Both the position numbers and the translations under genes were made by a program. A stretch of DNA of 64,000 nucleotides from assembly GCA_001771185.1 (NCBI GenBank), contig METB01000001.1:94520-158519 (forward strand), given 5' to 3'. The DNA is from a candidate division Kazan bacterium RIFCSPHIGHO2_01_FULL_44_14. Its GTDB lineage: Bacteria > Patescibacteriota > Kazan-3B-28. This document shows, piece by piece, positions 32,946 through 42,009 of the stretch (the stretch's first letter is position 1; each line of letters opens with the position of its first letter). The notes below the pieces were generated by a model. That model had not been told where the DNA came from, did not search any database, and saw nothing but the letters and a program-made list of their open reading frames with translations.

Positions 32946-33040
32946 GGGACCCCGAAATGGTCTAATCCCGATGAGCAGAGGAATGAATATTTTGGGGAGA
33001 AGGAAAAACAATTGAGTGACAAAAGCATCCCGGCGAGCCG
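32946..33040 (+). repeat. ~100-bp dispersed repeat (copy 2)
   Basis: Matches 22977-23070. Confidence 0.8.
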
Positions 33041-33070
33041 AGATAGCGTAACACGAAATTGTTTGGATAT

Positions 33071-33330
33071 AAAATAAGGGGTCATACAGGCGCCCTAAAA
33101 TAAAAAATTAAATGGCGTGATGACCCCTTAAGGTGCAAACACCGAACCGTCCCGCCGACGCAACTGACCAGCAGTCACTATCGAAAAGTTTTTGGATGAA
33201 GAACAAAACGAATTTTGTTTTTATTTTTCCAACACGGGACAGTGTCGGAAAGCGAAGCACCACTGGGGGGAGTGATACCTCGCTTCCCGACACTCTCGCT
33301 AATACTTGTTGTCAAAGGCCTTCACCAAAT
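33071..33330 (-). ncRNA. Unidentified structured non-coding RNA
   Basis: 24-bp stem whose 4 mismatches are all G-U on the - strand; further stems; upstream promoter and 3' terminator. Confidence 0.6.
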
Positions 33331-33336
33331 TATATC

Positions 33337-33365
33337 ACTGTACCACAAGCGAAACCCTTCGTCAA
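33337..33365 (-). promoter_or_regulatory. Sigma70-type promoter
   Basis: TTGACG-17 bp-TACAGT with extended TG. Confidence 0.65.
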
Positions 33366-33503
33366 TACTCCTAGCCAGTAAAGCCGATATTAGTGGCTTC
33401 TGGAGCACAAAGTTTTTTAGTTATCCCCACCCAGTAGAAGATATTGGATGGCACTTTGTGCCAATCAGAGAAATCCAATATACTCTACCAGGTTTAACCC
33501 GTT

Positions 33504-35870
33504 TTACCCCAAAATCTGGTCGGTTGGTTCTGGGATTACCATAAAGTCCGGTAATGAGTTGAGTACCTTTTGCCCATATTCTTTGGTTAGTAGCCGACTG
33601 TCCAAAATTACCAAAGGTAACTTCAGTCGCTTAACCTGGTGGAGAATCTCTTTCAGTCGCATGATTCCCCGAGCCAGAGTATAGGTTTCAAATCCATCCT
33701 CGACATCGCTCAACACCTTGGCCTGGGGCCGAGATACTGCCTCAAATGGGATTTTTCCCAGAATCAGCCGGTCAAATCCAGAGGCGTAAGATTGGACCCG
33801 ATCAAACCAGTAGTAATGCCCCAGCAGAACAAACCTGGAGTGCTTAGACAAAAGCTCGGGAATAAGTGAAGCGTTCCCAACTGTATCATAATTTTCCAAG
33901 ACCGCTTTGGTGGCCTGGGCTTCCACGAACAAGTCCCCAAACAGTTGACGGGCCTCATAAGCAGAATTGAGTAAAAATAAAATTTTATTATCTCGTTCTA
34001 AAGTTCTTTCCGCCAACTGATGCAAAGCATAGGAGTAGTCGTTCCCTTCTGGCATATCTTGGGCTAATACCAATTCGGTTTTGGATGACTGACCGACGAT
34101 CTTCCCTGTTCCCTCACCAAAAACCGAATTTAAATAAGCAAAACTGCCACTCACTGATAATCCAGGGCCCAAGACCGTCAATCCACCAGCCCGATCAATT
34201 AGTCGATGCAGGATCTGGAGATTAGATTGGGCTGGAACAATTTCCAAGAAGAATCGGTTGCCGTCGACAAATAGAAAATAGCGTCGATCGGCTGACAACT
34301 CGGCGACCGCCCTAAAATCGTCAATCAATTTACTAGTGCGTTTAGCTTGGGCCTGACCAGCCGAACTGGTGACGGTTTTAATCCCCTCCAAATAGTTAGT
34401 TAAATGATCAGCTGCCGAAGTTAAGGCAGTTTTTAGTCCATCAGTTATCAGGTCCGGCATCAATTCGATATTGCGCTCATACACGGATACTGGCGGATGG
34501 ATTGTATAAATCCCAACTAGCGCTTCGGTGACTGTCTGCAAGTCACCACCAAAATGATTTAACGATTTGAACAAACTGTCCGCCAGTTTTACATCAACAA
34601 CTCGAATATGCTGGTGAACAAAATCCCGCCGACTGCTAACCGCTGCCGCAAAATAAATCGCCGAGAAGGTTCTGGACTGACTAGCGAATAAAGCATCTTC
34701 CAATAGCAACGGGTGGGCAGTTACCAGATTGCGTCCATCCAAGTCCGTCATATCCAACAACCCATTGGCCGAAGTAATTAAGATGTCTCCGGTCGGCTCA
34801 ATTCCCGGATTGTGCGGGGATAATTTTTGCTCCCATTGATATTGTTCATCCCGAGACAGATACAATCGGCTGTAATCCATCCCCCACTCTTCCCGCCAAA
34901 TTACAACTTTAGCCACCAACTTGGCTTCTAATGCACTTAGATCATCTCGATCCTTTACTAGATCAACTTCTGCATCAGTTCGATACCACAAGTTAGAGGG
35001 ATAGCGTGGGACCAAGTCGGTCTTAATCGTTTTCCCCACTCGAGTCCAGTTGGTTTGATAAAATAACCGATCCGGGACAATAACAATTGCTGGGTGATGA
35101 ACACTAGCATAGGCCAGCGTTAGAGCGGTGGGATTATCATCAAAATGAGTTTCGATAAAATTAATTTTCCCCTCTTGGGCCGTAGCGATTTGTTCAACTG
35201 ATGGCTTAGCTGATTTTATTTCTTTCACCAGTCCATCAATCTCATCGCCATCATGTCGGGGAGTTAATTTTAAGTCAGTAAAAGCGGGTGGTTGAGCAAT
35301 CAACCAACCCCAAGTCCAGGCAGTTTCGGGCACCAACTCGGCAATGCGTCGGCGGGTAGTTGGTTTTAAATTGGCGGTTTGCTGAACTAAAAATTTAAAC
35401 AAATCCACGGTGGCCAATACATCCGCCATTGCCCGATGAGACGGTTGGTGAGGAAACCCTAAAGAATGAGCCATATATTCCAAACTGTAATAGGACTGGG
35501 ACGGCAAAACGGTATAAGCCAATTCCAAGGTGTCGAGCGCCGGATTGGTCAGTTCAGCTTTGTTGTTGTTTAAAAATTCAATATCAAAACCAATGTTATG
35601 CCCAACAATTGGAGCGGACCCAATAAATTTGCGAATTTGGTCCATCGCCTCGGCAATGGTTGGCTGACCAACTAAATCCGCCGGAGTAATGCCGGTCAAA
35701 GCCACGACAGTCGGTGAGATTTCTTGATTAGTCGAAATTAATAAATTTAACTCCCCGACTATTTCGGCGTGGCCGTTCAATCGAACAGCGGCAAATTCAA
35801 TAATGTCGTCAATTTTAGCATTGACGCCGGTCGTTTCCACATCTAGAACGATATATTCTGAATACAGCAT
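33504..35870 (-). CDS. DnaQ-type exonuclease fused to degenerate DinG-like helicase
   Basis: DVETTG, GHNIGFD, HRAMAD; DinG-like C-terminus (KIPF, ILDSRL..YG) without Walker A/DEAH. Confidence 0.8.
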   Translation of the reverse strand: MLYSEYIVLDVETTGVNAKIDDIIEFAAVRLNGHAEIVGELNLLISTNQEISPTVVALTGITPADLVGQPTIAEAMDQIRKFIGSAPIVGHNIGFDIEFLNNNKAELTNPALDTLELAYTVLPSQSYYSLEYMAHSLGFPHQPSHRAMADVLATVDLFKFLVQQTANLKPTTRRRIAELVPETAWTWGWLIAQPPAFTDLKLTPRHDGDEIDGLVKEIKSAKPSVEQIATAQEGKINFIETHFDDNPTALTLAYASVHHPAIVIVPDRLFYQTNWTRVGKTIKTDLVPRYPSNLWYRTDAEVDLVKDRDDLSALEAKLVAKVVIWREEWGMDYSRLYLSRDEQYQWEQKLSPHNPGIEPTGDILITSANGLLDMTDLDGRNLVTAHPLLLEDALFASQSRTFSAIYFAAAVSSRRDFVHQHIRVVDVKLADSLFKSLNHFGGDLQTVTEALVGIYTIHPPVSVYERNIELMPDLITDGLKTALTSAADHLTNYLEGIKTVTSSAGQAQAKRTSKLIDDFRAVAELSADRRYFLFVDGNRFFLEIVPAQSNLQILHRLIDRAGGLTVLGPGLSVSGSFAYLNSVFGEGTGKIVGQSSKTELVLAQDMPEGNDYSYALHQLAERTLERDNKILFLLNSAYEARQLFGDLFVEAQATKAVLENYDTVGNASLIPELLSKHSRFVLLGHYYWFDRVQSYASGFDRLILGKIPFEAVSRPQAKVLSDVEDGFETYTLARGIMRLKEILHQVKRLKLPLVILDSRLLTKEYGQKVLNSLPDFMVIPEPTDQILG

Positions 35871-35879
35871 TATACAAAT

Positions 35880-36070
35880 AAATTCTTAATTTCTAATTTC
35901 GAATCAAATCCCAATGACTGAATGTTTCAAAATTAAGATATTGAGATATTGATTCAAAATTCAAAATTCATCATTAAAAATTACTTGCTGGAACATTACA
36001 ACTTTTCATCGCAGATCCTTCCGTAGTTCTGCCGTACGGCAGAACGAAGGAGGACTTTTCACCTATCACT
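35880..36070 (-). repeat. AT-rich repeat copy 3 plus associated palindrome
   Basis: Inverted match to 9798-9905 and 15510-15796. Confidence 0.8.
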
Positions 36071-36110
36071 TCCCTCATTTGTCATTTGTCATTTGTCATT
36101 TGTCATTTAT

Positions 36111-37310
36111 CTACCGAACCCTGCTTAATACCACTTCGACTTTGATGGGCGCGAAACTCACCACCTCTACCCCAGTCGGTGTAGTAAACATGCCTTGATT
36201 TATCTCAATCATATTAGCCCCAGATAGAGCCCCCCGCAAGTCGAGATTTAAGATAACATCATTCCGAGTCAGACCCTTGAGCATTTCCGGAGCCCCGGCC
36301 AAAATCACCTGGATACTGCCCGGGTTGGTAGTAGTAACGCTAAAGCCCTCGGTCACATTAGCATACTGGGGAACAACCGTTAACTGCTTGGTGCCTTGAG
36401 ATGACCCGATCGTGACGGTGGTTAAAATTAGATTTTCCCCGACCAAACTAATTCCATTAGGTAAATCGACTGCCACTTGGTCGGTGAAATTTTTGGTCCG
36501 ACCGTTTAAGTTAATCGGGGTGGTGGTGAGATATGCCAATTGGTCGAGGGCTTGTTGAGTGCCGGACACCAGCACCACTGCTGGTTCAAATTTGACTTCC
36601 TGCACCCAAAATCCGCCCGGCAATTTATTTACAAAACTGGCCTTGAGCCCAAGATTGCGCGAAGCCGCTCCCGGACCAATCTCGATGTTGGCTTGACCTT
36701 CGGCGGGAGACATTCGCACCGCTCCAAGCGACTGACCACCGCCATTATCGGCCTGAAAGCTAATTGGCACCGTAAATGATTCTCGCCGATGACTAATTGT
36801 AACCTCGGCACTAGCGTGAGTAATTTTGTCCAACAAAGCACCCGCCCCATAAATCGTCACTCGATCGGGTACGACTTTGGCCTGTTTGACACTATAACCG
36901 TCTGCTACCCAACCAGTCGTATTTAAAACCACCGGCACAATTTTTGATACCTCAACATCAAGATCAACAACCACTTCGGTTGGCTGATAATTAATTAACC
37001 GAATGTTGTTGGGTACCGCCAAGGGAACAATCGGCCGGCTGTAACGACCCGGCGTAGCGATGCCACTTAAATCCAACTGGAATTGGAATGAAATATCATT
37101 TAGTTTAGTGATAGCGTAGGGCCGACCAGAAATTTTGGCCGTGACGGTAGTAACACCATTTGCCACTGCTAAACCAGCCGGTAAATTTTTTACGATAATT
37201 GGGGCCGACCAGGATTTCGTCTGATAAGACAAGGCATAAACATTTACCCAAATCAGCACGGCAGTGATAATCAGTATCACGCGTATAGATGTAATATCAG
37301 AAAATCGCAT
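36111..37310 (-). CDS. YbbR/CdaR-like protein
   Basis: N-terminal TM plus repeated YbbR-like units (P..V.I.G); directly follows a cdaA-like gene. Confidence 0.85.
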   Translation of the reverse strand: MRFSDITSIRVILIITAVLIWVNVYALSYQTKSWSAPIIVKNLPAGLAVANGVTTVTAKISGRPYAITKLNDISFQFQLDLSGIATPGRYSRPIVPLAVPNNIRLINYQPTEVVVDLDVEVSKIVPVVLNTTGWVADGYSVKQAKVVPDRVTIYGAGALLDKITHASAEVTISHRRESFTVPISFQADNGGGQSLGAVRMSPAEGQANIEIGPGAASRNLGLKASFVNKLPGGFWVQEVKFEPAVVLVSGTQQALDQLAYLTTTPINLNGRTKNFTDQVAVDLPNGISLVGENLILTTVTIGSSQGTKQLTVVPQYANVTEGFSVTTTNPGSIQVILAGAPEMLKGLTRNDVILNLDLRGALSGANMIEINQGMFTTPTGVEVVSFAPIKVEVVLSRVR

Positions 37311-38149
37311 TAAGCCGATGGATAAACGAGTATGGTTTTGAGAATCCGAGATAATTCAGATGGAGTCAGATTTTTGTAAGTATCATCGCCATGCAATAAC
37401 ATAATGTCGCCAATGGTTTTATTTACCACTACCACCACCGTTCCCCAATCCTTGGCCACTTTCTTGATGATTGGATTGGTGGCCGAAAATAACACTTTGG
37501 CTCGGGGTGACAGCAAAGTCGAACCAGCCGAAACAATTCGGTTAGTATCAATAATCACCGCTCCCCGACCTAAAACCGAACCGTTGCCGAAGAAGTCAAT
37601 CAGCAATTCGCTGGTCACTACCGAATTCATTTTGGTCCCATTTTCAATTAGCCGAATCAGGGACTTGTCTTTTTTGATAACAATTAATGACGGTTTGTGC
37701 GCTCGGCTCAAAACCGCAGTAGCTTCGGCCACGGCCTTAATCATTTGTTGAATGTCACCGACACTCGCCCGAGGTTGAGTTCCAGCTGGGTTCAAGCGCG
37801 GTCCTGTCGATTCTAGCACGGCCTTAATTTCTGGTGCGTACAAGGCGGCTACGGCTAGCAGAGCAATCATAATTAAACTACTAGCAACAATGAACAGCGC
37901 CCAGAGTCCCAACGTCCGAGCGATGAGAGCCATTAATAACAAAAAAAGGATTTTGGGGAAAATTTTAATTAGGTCACTCCGGCGCAATTTTTTATACAAC
38001 CACCAGAGTACAGCAAAGACCAGAACGATATCGATTAAACCCAAAAGTGAGAACTGGCCAGCTATCCCCTGCCAAAACAGTGCAGCAGTACTTTCCACTG
38101 TCGCCCAACTCAATTGAATTTGCTCAATTAATTTCAACCACAAGTTCAT
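37310..38149 (-). CDS. CdaA-like membrane protein with DisA_N fold, catalytic motifs degenerate
   Basis: 3 TM, PEI, GAVII..NRI..AG; HDGA replaced by GRGA, RHR absent. Confidence 0.75.
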   Translation of the reverse strand: MNLWLKLIEQIQLSWATVESTAALFWQGIAGQFSLLGLIDIVLVFAVLWWLYKKLRRSDLIKIFPKILFLLLMALIARTLGLWALFIVASSLIMIALLAVAALYAPEIKAVLESTGPRLNPAGTQPRASVGDIQQMIKAVAEATAVLSRAHKPSLIVIKKDKSLIRLIENGTKMNSVVTSELLIDFFGNGSVLGRGAVIIDTNRIVSAGSTLLSPRAKVLFSATNPIIKKVAKDWGTVVVVVNKTIGDIMLLHGDDTYKNLTPSELSRILKTILVYPSA

Positions 38150-38202
38150 TCACTCTCCTCGTGTTTAACTAGTTTATAATACGACAAAAGTAAGAGTTTG
38201 AG

Positions 38203-38276
38203 AAAAAGCCCCGTAGAAGCAATTTGGGATGCCAGAGGCATTGGCGCAAAGCGCAACCAAATTTTCTCTACGGGGC
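38203..38276 (-). terminator. Terminator-like long hairpin
   Basis: GCCCCGTAG.../CTACGGGGC followed by TTTTT on the - strand. Confidence 0.6.
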
Positions 38277-38281
38277 CAAAG

Positions 38282-38335
38282 TCAGCAGCCAGAGCTGCAA
38301 TGCGCGATGCGCGGAACCATAAACCGCTTACGCAT
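38282..38335 (-). CDS. Putative 17-aa peptide MRKRFMVPRIAHCSSGC
   Basis: GGAGGTG RBS 6 nt upstream, TGnTATACT upstream, terminator downstream. Confidence 0.45.
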   Translation of the reverse strand: MRKRFMVPRIAHCSSGC

Positions 38336-38441
38336 CAGGTACACCTCCCTTGTGGGGGTTAGGGTCAGAAAACGGCCTTTCGGCCGTTGTAGTCACCTAC
38401 CTTTTAAGTATAGCAAAGCCGTCAACCCCCATTCCCAGCTT

Positions 38442-38494
38442 CGTCATGCTGAATTTGGTTCAGCATCTAGATTCTGAAACAAGTTCAGAATGAC
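38442..38494. repeat. GTCAT/ATGAC REP-like pair
   Basis: CGTCATGCTGAATTTGGTTCAGCATCTAGATTCTGAAACAAGTTCAGAATGAC. Confidence 0.75.
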
Positions 38495-38537
38495 CGATGA
38501 AACGAAACTGGGAAAGGGCGACAGAACAAGACCCAAA

Positions 38538-38804
38538 TTACTTCTTCTTGGAGACCCAGTTGTAGACACCGGCAAACACCCAACCGATGATGTAGCCGAC
38601 AATAAAGGCCACTATCAACAGCCAGATAGCGCTTCCCCACGAGAAGACACCTACGGTCATTGGATTGGCCATGAAATGCAAACTACACACCCAATCGATG
38701 AACTGTTGGCCCATGCCACCAGCTACAATCAAAATCCAAACCAAATGGACGAGGGCAACAAACCAAGCCACCGTCAGGGCGACACGATGCTGAAATGCTT
38801 TCAT
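38538..38804 (-). CDS. Small membrane protein (DUF5676-like)
   Basis: 2 TM, HF motif, C-terminal GW.FA..YN. Confidence 0.7.
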   Translation of the reverse strand: MKAFQHRVALTVAWFVALVHLVWILIVAGGMGQQFIDWVCSLHFMANPMTVGVFSWGSAIWLLIVAFIVGYIIGWVFAGVYNWVSKKK

Positions 38805-38846
38805 AGTACCCCCAATAAAATAATATACCGCTTAAAGTGTATCATC

Positions 38847-39242
38847 TTATTCAGTAGTTTTTCCATCAAATTCTTCGGGACGGGCAATAGCATCGGCCTT
38901 GGTTACCCGCACCGTTCCATTGATATGTTCGGGTGGTGAGTAGAGGGTATAAAGTTTAAGTTCAACTGAACTCATATTGATAACATTGTGGTTTGAGCCG
39001 GCTGGGACAATGACCGCGTCTCCATCGGCCACTTGATAAGTATTATCATCAATTACCACTTGTCCGCTCCCCGCCTCGAATCGGAAAAATTGGTCGATAT
39101 TTGGATGGACTTCAGCGCCAATTTCCTCGCCCGGCTTTAGAGTCATCAGTACCAATTGGGTGTGATGACCAGTGTATAACACTCGCCGAAAATCGGTGTT
39201 GGCAAGAGTCATTTTTTCGATATTGTCGTGATATCCTCGCAT
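38847..39242 (-). CDS. Cupin-domain protein
   Basis: EIGAEVH..DQFF, VPAGSNHN, YSPPEH. Confidence 0.92.
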   Translation of the reverse strand: MRGYHDNIEKMTLANTDFRRVLYTGHHTQLVLMTLKPGEEIGAEVHPNIDQFFRFEAGSGQVVIDDNTYQVADGDAVIVPAGSNHNVINMSSVELKLYTLYSPPEHINGTVRVTKADAIARPEEFDGKTTE

Positions 39243-39290
39243 AAGAAAAAAGTTAGTAATATAACACTTTCATTATAGGCCTTGGATATG

Positions 39291-39318
39291 AAAAAGGCGG
39301 GACAAAGTCCCGCCTTTT
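39291..39318. terminator. Bidirectional terminator
   Basis: AAAAAGGCGGGAC-AAA-GTCCCGCCTTTT. Confidence 0.8.
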
Positions 39319-39337
39319 AAATAAAAGAAGCCGAAAG

Positions 39338-39802
39338 TTACATGAAGACCTCTGTCATCTTTCCGTGAAAACCTTTGTGGAATTCACAAACCGCAACCTC
39401 CCTGCCACAACCGTGTTCGTTCACGATGATTATCACTACCGCTGGGTGATGACAACCAGGTCGTCTACAAACTTGACCAGGTTCCGCCGGAGTGTAGTAG
39501 GCAGAGTCCATGTACTCGAATAGGCAGAAGTAATCCTCTGGTTTTAGCGCCGAGAAGGATTCTTCTTTGCTTAGCTCGGTCTCGCAAAAGCGAGTAACTC
39601 GGCCGGATTTATACCACCGAGGTGAGACGCCGGGGGAACCGAACTCGTTGTCTAAACTTGGTCCGAATTTGACATTGATGGTCCCGTCGGGGTCACCATC
39701 TTCGACAATCCCCACTACCACGCCCGTCTTCCCGTGATAGGTATAGGTCTTATTTCCGTTACCAAGGTCAACCTTCACAATATCGCCAATCGTAAATGAC
39801 AT
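39338..39802 (-). CDS. Hypothetical protein (SH3/KOW-like N-terminus, Cys/His-rich C-terminus)
   Basis: FTIGDIVKV...GKTGVV; CxxxGC...C..H; GGAGGTG RBS. Confidence 0.6.
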   Translation of the reverse strand: MSFTIGDIVKVDLGNGNKTYTYHGKTGVVVGIVEDGDPDGTINVKFGPSLDNEFGSPGVSPRWYKSGRVTRFCETELSKEESFSALKPEDYFCLFEYMDSAYYTPAEPGQVCRRPGCHHPAVVIIIVNEHGCGREVAVCEFHKGFHGKMTEVFM

Positions 39803-39892
39803 CTTAGTCACCTCCAAAATTTGAACACTAATCTAAATCAAAATGTAAAGGGACATCCAGCCCCCTCCAAGATATGAACATTGTATCATGGA

Positions 39893-40621
39893 CTACAGAC
39901 CAGCCAGACGGACCACCAAGAACAGCGTCCCGGCCCCAAACAGAGTCATCAGCGTGGTTAAAAATTTCGGATGAGCATGATGGCTCTCGGGAATCAAATC
40001 GCTGGCTCCAACATACAGGAAAAACCCAGCAAAGATTGCCAGGAGAATCCCCAACATTGATTCTGGCAAAGTAAAAAATAAAGTTGCCACAATCCCCAAG
40101 ACCGGAGCGATAGCGTCCACTAATAGCCACTTGAAAGCCAGACTACTGTCTTTGGAGTTTTTCAATAAAACGCTGATTGTATTAATCCCGTCAGAAAAAT
40201 CGTGAGTCAAGACCGCAACCGCGACCACTATTCCAACTGCCGAAGAAACCTGGAAACCAACCCCAATTGCTAATCCGTCTAGGAAACTATGGACTGAAAG
40301 TGTACTGCCACCTAAAATCCCACGCCGAGAAGAGGCATGATGGTGATTATCGGATGACTCATTATGATAATGCAACAATACCCAACGGTCTAACAGCAAA
40401 TAGGCCAAAAATCCGGCACCAATAAAACTGGCGATAGTAGCAACGGAATAAAATTGCTGACCGATCAATTGGGCCTCTGGAATCAAATCAAAAAATGCCA
40501 CGCCAATCACAGCGCCGGCGGAAAATCCGAGGATAAGATGGAGTTTGTCCTTGAATCGGAGGGCCAACCAACCACCCAGTAGAGTGGACAGGAAAGCCAG
40601 TACAGCAGATAAAATCAACAT
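39893..40621 (-). CDS. ZIP family metal transporter
   Basis: HSFLDG, HDFSDG, DLIPE, His-rich loop. Confidence 0.92.
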   Translation of the reverse strand: MLILSAVLAFLSTLLGGWLALRFKDKLHLILGFSAGAVIGVAFFDLIPEAQLIGQQFYSVATIASFIGAGFLAYLLLDRWVLLHYHNESSDNHHHASSRRGILGGSTLSVHSFLDGLAIGVGFQVSSAVGIVVAVAVLTHDFSDGINTISVLLKNSKDSSLAFKWLLVDAIAPVLGIVATLFFTLPESMLGILLAIFAGFFLYVGASDLIPESHHAHPKFLTTLMTLFGAGTLFLVVRLAGL

Positions 40622-40687
40622 GGTAACTATCCAGATAGTGAATATCTAGACCATTATATCGCACTGCCAGAGCCCAAGAGCCAAAAA

Positions 40688-40840
40688 TTACTTTTTAGAA
40701 AAATCAGCCCAAAGCGAGATAAGCCCCAAAGCAAAAAATAATCCGGCTTCGAGCCAGTTTGATTTTTGGATGGCTTCGATTAGCGCAATACCAAAGAAAA
40801 TAACAAATACCGCAAGATTGGTGTAAGTAATGTTTTTCAT
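40688..40840 (-). CDS. 50-aa membrane peptide
   Basis: MKNITYTNLAVFVIFFGIALIEAIQKSNWLEAGLFFALGLISLWADFSKK; ATG is 3 nt past the junction CCA. Confidence 0.6.
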   Translation of the reverse strand: MKNITYTNLAVFVIFFGIALIEAIQKSNWLEAGLFFALGLISLWADFSKK

Positions 40841-40843
40841 AAT

Positions 40844-40893
40844 TGGCAGACCGTGGTGGAGCCTGCCTGCCGGTAGGCAGGGAAGTTAGAACC
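40844..40893 (+). repeat. att-like junction, short family, with 20-bp palindrome inserted
   Basis: TGGCAGACCGTGGTGGAG[CCTGCCTGCCGGTAGGCAGG]GAAGTTAGAACC. Confidence 0.85.
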
Positions 40894-40912
40894 TTTCGAG
40901 CAAAAGTTGAAA

Positions 40913-41854
40913 TTATTTATACTTGAAATTCACATCGCGTTGCTCGGCAGGAAGCTGATAGCCATCAGTTTCGAAAGGATAAGCAAGCACCCCGCTGGGA
41001 AAAATTACATCAGGACTATAACTTTTCCAATAAAAGAATGACCCCGGTTGAACAAGATGAAGATGCCTGTCCCCATTTTTGATGTTTAGATTTACTGATG
41101 TATTAGGTACGTCGAAGTAGAAGTCAGCAAAGGAGTGAGTACCAACACCATCCGGTGCGGGTACAGTACCAGCGAATCCAATTAATTCCCCGCGTTTTAC
41201 CTTGTATCTGATTAGAGCGCCGTATGAAGCTGCATTACCCATGGGTGAAAGCGTATAATTCCCATCCCAAAATAATTGGTATCCCTGGGCTGGCGGCGCC
41301 TTGAGGTCGTTACTTAAACTTTGAGTGTGTCCGGTCAATAGAGGTGAGGTCAATAAATGATATACGGTCATATGCACCCCCGGCCAATCAGGGCTTGTAG
41401 ACTCGAAGAATAATTTTACATCATCGGAATGGGTAGATAATCCTCCCGAAACAATCTGAGTACTGGTATCTCGAAAGCCAACTAGCACCATATCGAACGG
41501 TGCGAGTACGGGCGAACCGCCTTTATAAGCTTCAAAGCTCATACCAGGCTTATGCTCGTAAGGTTCCCATCCTGGATGGCCGCCAACCTTTGGGCCCAGT
41601 GTAATTATGCCAGGGTCAGCGCCTGTGCCGTATAGCTCCGTATGAGTATTGATACCTATCATACTGGGTGGCGGGGAAGTAATTGCAGATGCGCTCGTAG
41701 CGGGCACGCCCTGAGTGGGTGCGGAAATTGGTGTTTGAGAATTTTTATATTGCCTTACACCGATGTAACTAATACAACCGAGAACAAAAATCCCCACAAC
41801 AATTACGGTGGATATTGAGCTTTGAAAGAGGCCCTTGTTTGATTTATTAACCAT
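40913..41854 (-). CDS. Membrane-anchored exported protein, M23-like fold possible
   Basis: N-terminal TM; H..G....GSPVLAP, YHL, VKRGELIG.AG. Confidence 0.6.
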   Translation of the reverse strand: MVNKSNKGLFQSSISTVIVVGIFVLGCISYIGVRQYKNSQTPISAPTQGVPATSASAITSPPPSMIGINTHTELYGTGADPGIITLGPKVGGHPGWEPYEHKPGMSFEAYKGGSPVLAPFDMVLVGFRDTSTQIVSGGLSTHSDDVKLFFESTSPDWPGVHMTVYHLLTSPLLTGHTQSLSNDLKAPPAQGYQLFWDGNYTLSPMGNAASYGALIRYKVKRGELIGFAGTVPAPDGVGTHSFADFYFDVPNTSVNLNIKNGDRHLHLVQPGSFFYWKSYSPDVIFPSGVLAYPFETDGYQLPAEQRDVNFKYK

Positions 41855-41956
41855 ATTAAAAAACAGAATAACACTTCTTTAAGCGTACTCCCGCTGGCGT
41901 AAAACCACCAATGGACACTTCTGAGATGAATTACTTCGAGCGACTGACTATTTTAC

Positions 41957-42005
41957 TGGCAGACCGTGGTGGAGCCTGCCTGCCGGTAGGCAGGGAAGTT
42001 AGGAC
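41957..42005 (+). repeat. att-like junction, short family, with 20-bp palindrome inserted
   Basis: TGGCAGACCGTGGTGGAG[CCTGCCTGCCGGTAGGCAGG]GAAGTTAGGAC. Confidence 0.85.
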
Positions 42006-42009
42006 TACC

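Noticed and set aside
33108-33544. Short ORFs over the structured region
   Set aside because: No RBS or recognisable protein features; G-U-biased stems favour an RNA.
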